DNA from: Podarcis muralis
Taxonomy: Eukaryota
NCBI RefSeq assembly: GCF_964188315.1
Contig: NC_135657.1
Coordinates: 68,386,001 to 68,450,000, forward strand
DNA: 64,000 bases
Direction of reading: 5' to 3'
Shown here: piece by piece, positions 17,501-26,306 of the stretch
Layout of the letters: each line of letters begins with the position of its first letter
Numbering within the stretch: the first letter of the stretch is position 1
Made by a program: the position numbers and the translations under genes
The notes under the pieces: model-generated
Database searches by the model: none
What the model saw: only the letters and a program-made list of their open reading frames with translations
What the model was told of the DNA's origin: nothing

Positions 17501-20500
17501 CCAGGTGCTGCCTCCTTTATTATTATTTGTTGCATATACCATACAGCTCTTCATTTTTTTTAAAAAAAAATAATAATCCCAGGGCAGTTGACACAATGTA
17601 ACATTAAATTTGAGAAAGCAAGTTAACATATACATTTAAGACCCACAAACATATTCAACACAGAGAAAAGCCAATACAGCGGGAGAAAACCTTATCATAC
17701 AACCATATGACTACAGAAAAAAAGTCAACCATGCAGCTTTGTTGTTTAGTCATTTAGTCGTGTCCAACTCTTCGTGACCCCATGGACCATGCAGCTTATG
17801 GAAACCCAAAAGCCAAACAAAACAGGCACACTTTCAACTGGCACCAAAACCGAGCCACTGTAAGCACCTGTTGCACCTCCAGAGGCAGGAAATTTCAAAT
17901 GTAGGATGCTACAATGGAATAAAAGCCCTTCAGGCTCCACCCAAAGGCAAAATTACAAGGAAAGTCAACATGGCTACCTTTAATTCGTATTTTTTATTGT
18001 GTGTGTGTATTTGTCTCTGCATGTCTGGTATGTCTGAGAGGAAAAAACACCACCGTCTCCCAGCAGAAGGATCTGAATTCTTCAAATGTTGACATTTTCC
18101 TAATGCCTTAGCACATATATTATTAAGTGAACTCACCTGAAGAGTGCAATTGTCATTCTTTTCTAGAAATTTCACAAATCTCTGCACAACTCCTGGTTTT
18201 TGTATGACTTCATCTATTGGAGGATTAGGTTCTGAAAATAAAGGTTAATTAGACTGATTAAAACAAACGTTGGGCCAAAGTTCAGCTTGGAGCAGGTTAA
18301 AGAAGACAGGAAGGTGCAATTAAGGAAACAGGTAAGCAGCAGATATAGCTGCTAGGTAGCTGGGTTTGGATGAAGAATTCCAAATAACTGTCTCTGTTAC
18401 TCATAGGGATATAATAAAGGTAAAATGTTGTTAAGATCTCCCTGGAGATAGAGTAAAATAAAAATATAACAGATTGCCCAGTCAGCAAAGGAAATAAGCT
18501 AATGTTATCAACCAAGAAAATCTAGTTGATTAAACAGTAAATCAGCTGGAAGATGACCAATCATGTACTGTATATAATTGTATAACCTCAGTGAGTGAGC
18601 ACAGATGCAAACGGTTAAAACATGAAGAGGCCAGCTGGATTTGACCACAGCTGCTGCTTGTCCAGTTTTCTAGTTATTAGACATATGTGTCCGAGAAGCC
18701 CATAAGTTCTCCTCCTTTCTTTGCTCCTCCATACAACTCTAACATTAATAGTGCCACTGAACACAGGAGGTTTGCAGCTCATAGCAATTGGTAAACTTAG
18801 CCACAATTCATTCATCCTATTCTTTGTTGGATCAATGGCTAGTCTGGCAAGGTGGGGGGAAAGTCTCAAAATCACGCTCGCTCACACAGCTGTCAAAATT
18901 CCAAAAACCGGCACAGGCTTATAGAAGCATGTATATATTTTTGGCAGCTAACACTGGAAATTCAGTTGGCTCAAGGGACAAAAGTTGCCCACCAGATGCT
19001 TCCTTTAAGCCAAGCATAAACCTCCATAATAGCTACAAGGAAAGAAGGAGGTTCAAGCTTAACCCACCCTTTTGGCCAGAGCGCATTGTGGCAATTGAAC
19101 ACAGAGTGCCTTTGCCCCTTGAGCCCAAGACAAGCTCCAGTGATAAATGTTGAAAGTGAAAAGGGAGGGGGAAGTAGTAGCAATCTTTCTTTGTCCCTCA
19201 ACCCATTGCAGGGGCTTGATTACTTTGTGGCCATGGGTGCTCAGCTCCTAAGCCCAAAATGAACCTCTCATGGGGCCCAGCAGCATAATCCTGTGGTTGG
19301 GATGTGTATGCTTGTGCGCAAGCAGAGTTCCAAATTATTTCTGTCACTAGTTCAATTTATGAAAATAATTTCAACACAGTTGATACAAATAACATTACCG
19401 CAGTAACAGAACACTCAACTTTGAGGACATCCAATAAAAACAATTAGTTTTAAGTCCCATACAACAAACTAGATGAATTACTGGAGCTGCAAAGAACAGT
19501 GGGATATTAAGTGAAGCGTGCAGTTGCTGTCCTGCTACCTTTCTGTTTTGTTTTCATAAAGTGAGTTTTGGCATTCAGCCATTATTTCTGAATGAATACA
19601 GGCACTCATGTGATGAAAAACACAGACCACAGTCCAACAAACTGCTTTTAAAATAAATCTGCCCCCCCCCCAATGCAATTTGAACCCGTGGGAATAACAT
19701 TCACAACTTCCATTTTCTATGGGAAAAAATACAATTTACCTTTAGAAAGCAGTTTTCTAAATCTTTGAGTAGCTGCAAGTTGTTGGTCGGGATCTTCTGA
19801 GAAAACCATCTGCACCATATCACAGGTAATGACATCTTCCTAAAAAGTAAAAGCCATTATCATTCTGACATCTTTCAGCTACAACTGTCAAAATGCTCTC
19901 TCTGTTGGGGGTAATTTACCTCAGGAATAGGCACCGTAGAGCTCACATCAGGATCCTGGATTGGACTTTCTTGCATTGACTCTTCATTTCCCAGTAGAGC
20001 AACATTTCTGCGTTTAAATAACTAAGAAAAAGAATCAGGTTTGTTTTCAGATTGAGGAGGTAGAGAACTGCATTTAAAGTTTGTTTACATAAATAACCCT
20101 CAATTTTAAAACCCATTTGGTCAACCAACTCCATTTCCAAGTTGTTCAAACACAAAAATCATTCGCTTCCTCTGACAGCCTCTTTAAAATCAGGGATTTC
20201 AATAAAAGTTTAAGTACACACCCAGTTACATTTTAACTCGATTTGGTAATGATCATAGGCAATGCTGGAAACAGCGAGAGAAGAGCCGGATCAAATTTTG
20301 CAGAAGAGGGGAGACAATACATATAATTCCACAACCTGAACCTGATCTCAGTCTTGGCTTCCACACATATCTGAACTGGCCGTAGAAGGTTTCCAGTTTA
20401 GGCGTATTACACAAACTCCAAAATTCAACATTGTAAACCTAAAGCTATTTTATCTAGTAGCTAATAATTCTCTGTCTCGAGAGTTAGATTTCGGTGGGGG

Positions 20501-23500
20501 AAGGGAAAAGAGGGCAAATCTACTGTGGACCAATAACTTATTGTCCTGATGTGCCCTATTGCATTTTTCAAACAAATACAGTTCTGACACCAGATGCTGA
20601 GAACAAACAGAAGACGGCAAACACCATCATATTCTATTTGTGTCCAAATGCACCTGGCAGGCTACTGAAAAACAGCTGCCCTTTGGCTGATCCGCAAGGC
20701 AATATCCTCTACAGTTAAAATAAAATACCTTTAAAAACTAACACTACTTTTCTAAAAGCCAAACCCAAATATATATGCACAATAATCACTTACTGTAAAC
20801 ATGGGTCTATATGCAAGTAGAGGAATACCACAAATAAAAACACAGTGGTGTGTTAGCAGATAAGGGCTTTCTTTGGGTAGTAAAAACAACTGACAGTACA
20901 TCACAAAAGCTGAGGTTTCGTCGGCTCCCTAATGCCTCTTGGTTTAGCAGACCATGGTAACATACTTCCATATGTATAGATGCACAGTTCTCCTAAACTG
21001 AATAATGTCACTTATTTATCTATAGATATTTTATTCTGCAAGTCCGCCAAAAAAAGGTGGCTAACAAACAAGACAATCACTAAACAACAAACAATCACTA
21101 AACAAGACACACATTTAATAACAAAATCCTATGCGCATCTATGTAGAAATACGTCCTGCTGAATTAAATGAGATTTACTTCCAGGTAACTTGGATTGCAG
21201 ACATAGGGCCAGATTCAACTAAGTTGTTGTGCTAGAGAAAGATAGTGCCATGACTTTGTTGTTGTTTAGTCGTTTAGTCGTGTCCGACTCTTCGTGACCC
21301 CATGGACCAGAGCACGCCAGGCACCTCTGTCCTCCACTACTTCCCGCAGTTTGGTCAGACTCATGCTGGTAACCTCGAAAACACTATCCAACCATCTCGT
21401 CCTCTGTCGCCCCCTTCTCCTTGTGCCCCTTCTCCTTGTGCCCTCCATCTTTCCCAGCATCAGTGTCTTCTCCAGGGAGTCTTCTCTTCTCATGAGGTGG
21501 CCAAAGTACTGGAGCCTCAGCTTCACGATCTGTCCTTCCAGTGAGCACTCAGGGCTGATTTCCTTAAGAATGGATGCGTTTGATCCATGGATGCGTTTGA
21601 TGTGCTAGAGAAAGATAGTGCCATGACTACTCCTAGCAAAACAAGGCTTTCCCCCTGCTGCCACCCCCCAAATCTGCTTGGGAGGGTCAGGAGACACCCC
21701 CCCCCCCGAAAAGTACAAGGGAGGAAAGAAAGTGTGCTCTGTCTGGCAAGCAAAAATGCTTGTGCTGATGGAATGATCACCTTAGCATGATACTGAATCC
21801 CTCCCATAATCTTTAAAGACTTACTTGTTCTTCCCTTTTCTGTTTACGAAGCTGAATACCTTCCTCTTCTCTTCGCCGCCGCATCTCTTGGGGATTGAGG
21901 GCATTGTTTTTATAACTTTTCATTCTGTAGTGATCCTTTTCTGGGCTTGCCATGGTATCTACAATAAAGAGCAAGAGAATTGATTGCATTTCCTTCTCTG
22001 GACTGCCAGTCAAGTCCGAGGTAACAAGAGGCGATAACCTAGGGCCAACCCACACCTCACATTTAAAGAACATTCAATGCACTTTGAAAACATACTGCTT
22101 CCACTAAAGATCCTGGGAACTGTAGTTTCCCCCTCACAGAGCTACTGTTCTAAGTGCCCTTAACAAACTACAGTTCTCAGGATTCCTTGGGGCAAGTCAT
22201 GTGCTTTAAGTGTGTGCTGGATGTGCTTTAAACATACGGTGTGAATCTGGCCCTAGAAAGAATATAGGAATATTTACTGTTCTACATATTATTATGTCTG
22301 TGTAGGCAACATCAGCATGTAACACAGGAATTTCTGCTACTACCAGATACAGCTTTACAATACATGAACAAGCAGCTGGAACAAGTCTCCTATGAGGAAA
22401 GATTGCAGCATTTGTGGTTTTCTTAGTTTCAAAAAAGGGCACCACTCCTGAGGCGGCACTACCACCTGTTGCCACCAAGCATACTTCAAACAGAAAGGGT
22501 GCATGGGGCAGAAGATCTTAAACAAGATATTACAATGTGTTCCAATTTACAGGAAGTTGATGGAAATCTATGTGAATGTTTCTGACATGAATTGACATGA
22601 CAGACCTAATTCAAAGACAAAATGTTCAGAACACCTCAGATCTTCAACTGAATCACTTCAAAAAACCAGGTGCTGGACACCAAATGTATAGTTAGGGTTG
22701 CCAGTGGACTAGAAGAAACTAGCCTTTAACTGTGGCTTGATATACAGTAAGCATGAGGAAGCTTGTCACAGCGCGTGCATCACATGCTCAAGTCCTCACC
22801 TCAAGCTGCTGTTAACAATTACAGAAAGGGGACGGAAAGTTGGCACCCCCATACTGTCTAAAAATTACGGGCAGCTTTTGAATAAATCTGCTCGCCATGG
22901 CAAGTGTGGTGCCACCCTCTGGCAAGTGTGACCAGCAGCATTGTCTTCCCATTCTGAAGCTGCAGAGGTTCGTGGAGATTGCTGGACTGTTGCACCATGA
23001 CACCACCAGCTCCAAAGTTGGGAGGAAGGCTGGGAATTGTTTGACAGCTGCGTGGCCGAATCACCCAACACAGCCGTGGTCATTCAGGGCCAGATCTACA
23101 AGTCCCAGGGCCCCATACTGACATGTCCCACTCCCAAGACGGGAAAGAGAGGCAGGAAGGTGCAGGATTAGATTTCCTCCCTGAAGGAGTGCAAAGTGGC
23201 AGGTGGTCCCCTTGGCAAATGTGGAAAGGGGGTCACATTGGGCGCTGCTGCCTGAAGGCTATTGGGGCATCTTAGTCACCAGGGACCCTCCTGGCCTCCC
23301 CCCCCCCGCAATGGTTTTGGGGGCTTGACAGGCGCGACGAGAATTCTTAGAATTCTAGAGCGTGTGAAGAGTGTCGTTTTTGTTGTTTCCCGCAAAAAAA
23401 CTACCCCTGCCCTACGTCCTGCCTCAAAGGCAACCAGCAAGTACAAATCAACAAAATCAAACGGGCAGATTCCTGGGGGGAAGCCCGTGCCAGGGGAATC

Positions 23501-23984
23501 CCCGTCAAAACAAGACGGCCGAGTCCCCGCCTCGTGGAGCACCAGGACCAGCAAGTAGGGGAAGATCGCGTGAAGGAACGAAGGTAAGAATAGCACTTGC
23601 AAACCAGTTATTAATATAGACAGATATATATGTGCGCGCGCGTGCATATGCCCTATATATACACATATTTGCTCGGAAATGAGTCCCACCGATGTCAGTG
23701 TGGATTACGCGCACAGGACCGCAGCTATGAGTTGCCCGTGGGCTTTCCACCCGAACGCAACAGCCCAAAAAGGGGGTGGGGAGGGGGGGTGCAGCACTGT
23801 CCCGCACGCCTGTGGGTCGGGAGGAGATAGGACAGCAGCGCCAGCGTCCTTTAAAGAAATAGGGATGCGGAGGCAGCAAAGCGCCCCTTCCATTTTGAGC
23901 CACCCTCCTTTCCTCCCGCCACCCAGAATCCAGTGGCAGGAAGGAGCTCGCCCCGCGCCCCTTCCTTCACACTCACGCACCCAT
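8660..23984 (-). CDS. KPNA5: Importin subunit alpha-6 (karyopherin alpha 5), complete 14-exon CDS, 539 aa
   Basis: Exons (plus coords): 23981-23984 (ATGG), 21825-21958, 19920-20021, 19740-19839, 18137-18231, 16313-16444, 15052-15140, 14710-14809, 14264-14427, 12908-12986, 11857-11982, 10869-10996, 10281-10459, 8660-8847. All GT-AG, phases compatible, total 1620 nt. IBB domain ([53 protein letters not shown]) and ARM repeats; flanked by FAM162B and ZUP1. Confidence 0.95.
8858..8897. repeat. (GA)n microsatellite; (CT)n on the KPNA5 strand, just upstream of the last-exon acceptor
   Basis: Direct reading of the dinucleotide run. Confidence 0.9.
13047..13213. mobile_element. Short Mariner-type MITE in KPNA5 intron
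   Basis: TIRs ccgtatttttccgtgtataagac / gtcttatacatggaaaaatacgg. Confidence 0.8.
17114..17379 (-). mobile_element. Bov-B 3' fragment with 8-bp TSD
   Basis: (gtt)n tail then Bov-B sequence. TSD caaccagt at 17106-17113 and 17380-17387. Confidence 0.88.
17740..17785 (-). mobile_element. Extremely 5'-truncated Bov-B insertion with 12-bp TSD
   Basis: About 46 nt of Bov-B 3' end. TSD accatgcagctt at 17728-17739 and 17786-17797. Confidence 0.8.
21256..21600 (-). mobile_element. Bov-B 3' fragment with 28-bp TSD
   Basis: ORF track 21266..21526 gives the Bov-B C-terminus. TSD tgtgctagagaaagatagtgccatgact at 21228-21255 and 21601-21628. Confidence 0.9.
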
Positions 23985-24450
23985 TGCGGGCAGCCCCCCG
24001 CCGCTTTCCCCTCCGCAGAGCAGCAAGCGGGCAGATTCGCCGTCCAAGATGGCGGCTCCAGGCGCACCGAAGAAGCCGGTCCCTCCTCTTCTATCTCCCC
24101 TCCGCCCAGCACCACCCGCGCGCCGGCGTGCGCGCGCGGAGGGGGAACGGAGCCGCCAATGGCGAGAAACGGGGCTCGCGGTTCTCCCGCGGCCCACGGA
24201 AGGCACGCCCATAGAGCTAGGCAGCAGCGGAAGAGCGACACGCGGCTCTCAGCGCGCGGGTTGACTAGGGGACGTTTTGCTCCGCCTTGGGGGAAAAAGA
24301 GCGCAACAAGGCACAGGCGCGACGGAACGCGGAGAGTGCGCATCATGCAGCCGAGCTCTGGACCGGGCTGCTTGGTGATCGAAACCACCAGAATAACCCC
24401 TTCCCGGCTACCCCTGATAAGAGGGAGATAAAGGGGCTCTCCTGAGAGGG
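23600..24450 (-). promoter_or_regulatory. CpG island / KPNA5 promoter and exon 1
   Basis: GC/CpG-rich; contains the KPNA5 ATG (23982-23984) and a YY1-type motif caagatggcggc at 24045-24056. Confidence 0.75.
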
Positions 24451-24503
24451 GTGGAAGGAGTCGGTCGGTTTCTATCGTTGCAGGGAAGCGATTAATTGGC
24501 TCG

Positions 24504-25185
24504 CAGTGCAGGATTTACATATAAGCTAAACAAGCTATAGCTTAGGGTCGCACTCTCTTGGCCCCCCCCCCCAAAAAAATATAAAGGGGGAAAAACTGGA
24601 TGTACATTTCCAAAATATAAGATTAAAAACATATAAAACCTACATACAGCAACTGTGTTTTGTGTTGTGTAGGCTCCTATAATGTAAGTCATGCCTGCTA
24701 GCCTGCTCCCTAAAATATCACTGGTTTGCTCATTTCTATATATAGGGTGCCCACATTATGCATGGACTAGTTGCATATATTCATATAGCATATATTCAAC
24801 ACACTAAAACCAGCGACAATTTGTTGTTGAAAAAGGACAGCTGGACATATAAAGGGCTCCGTTACTTTCACTAGCTTTGTTGTTGTTTAGTCGTTTAGTC
24901 GTGTCCGACTCTTTGTGACCCCATGGACCAGAGCACGCCAGGCACTCCTGTCTTCCACTGCCTCCCGCAGTTTGGTCAGACTCATGTTGGTAGCTTTGAG
25001 AACACTGTCCAAGCATCTTGTCCTCTGTCATCCCCTCCTCCTTGTGCCCTCCATCTTTCCCAACATCAGGGTCTTTTCCAGGGAGTCTTCTCTTCTCACG
25101 AGGTGGCCAAAGTATTGGAGCCTCAGCCTCAGCTTCACGATCTGTTCATTAGCTTAGGGCCTCATCAAACCTAAGTCCGGCCCTG
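24504..25185. mobile_element. Non-autonomous DNA transposon (hAT-like MITE) interrupted by Bov-B
   Basis: Imperfect TIRs cagtgcaggattt / aagtccggccctg; colinear with the copy at 40917-41362. Confidence 0.7.
24878..25144 (-). mobile_element. Bov-B 3' fragment nested in MITE
   Basis: Near-TSD ttcactagctt (24867-24877) / ttcattagctt (25145-25155). The empty site is visible in the second MITE copy (ccttcagtagcttagggc). Confidence 0.87.
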
Positions 25186-25639
25186 TAAATACACACTAGT
25201 AAAGAAGGACTAACAGTGCAGTCCTAACCATGTCTACTTAGAAGCCCTTTTGTGTCCCATGACACTCCTACCTAATTATACTTTTGAGAGCTTCAAAGAG
25301 GAAACTAAATATAAGCAAGAAAGAGAACTCTGTAGGTCAGTTTTCCGCAACCTGGTGCCTTACTCTGGATATTTTTGGGTTGCAACTGTTGCATGACTTT
25401 CAGTCCAAATCATATCCAGTAGGTTGCGGAAAACTAAAAGAAGTTTAGTTTAGAAGTTCGTTCTCTTGCTTATACTTCGTTTCCTTCGTGGAATTCTGCA
25501 GGAACCAGCATCCTGTCTCCGCAACCAGATGATGCCTACGGGAAGTCCGCGCAGGCTTGGTAGGATGGGAGCTGTAGCTCAAAGCATCTCCACGGCACCT
25601 CGTTGGGGAAAGCCAACATAGACTCTTCTGGGGAGCGTG

Positions 25640-26130
25640 CGTAAACTGCGCGTGCGCAAGGGTTGGGTTACACAGCGGCTGCCTGTGAAACGAAAGTGTA
25701 GGCTTGTTTCCCTTTTTAGTAAGTCTAGGAGTCACGTGAGAGGATAGAGCCGGGAGAGCGCGCGCGCGCGCGGCTGGGCGACGTATGCGGTGGGCTCTTC
25801 TCCGCTCGCGCTGGGCTCCTGGCAGCCGCGGTAGGTGTCGAGGTGTTTATATCCGCCTCGTGCCAAGGGGGCGTGGCTCCCGCCGGGAAGGGCGCAGAGA
25901 TGGAGTTCTCCGGAAAAGCCCGGCAGGGACAGCAGCGGCTTCTGCAGGGGGCCCCGTCCGCTGGCGCCCGCGCCCCGCCGCCTTCTCCCGCCCGCGGTGA
26001 GTGAGACCTGGAGGGATGTCGCTTCACATTTTGGAGCTGTCTGGCTTGAGAATGAATCATTTGCGTGCGGAGTGTCGAGAGAGACCTGCTACCGCACATT
26101 CACACGTGCGAGTCGCCCGCTAAATTGATA
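25640..26130 (+). promoter_or_regulatory. CpG island / ZUP1 promoter and first exon
   Basis: GC-rich; NRF1-like tgcgcgtgcgca at 25647-25658, E-box gtcacgtg at 25731-25738, donor G|GTGAGT at 25996/25997. Confidence 0.7.
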
Positions 26131-26250
26131 TGCACGTGGGAACCGTCTCTGGTCGGAATATGGGTCTGGCTTTATAAACGTCAGGCGCTTATATAGTATG
26201 TAGGGCAGCAGGATCCACCGTGCTCTCGTGCTGCCTGTATGAGAGCAGAG

Positions 26251-26306
<56 letters not shown>

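Noticed and set aside
23505-24431. 200-250 aa ORFs on both strands in the KPNA5 CpG island
   Set aside because: Low-complexity Arg/Pro/Ala/Gly products typical of CpG islands; only ATGG at 23981-23984 fits the gene model.
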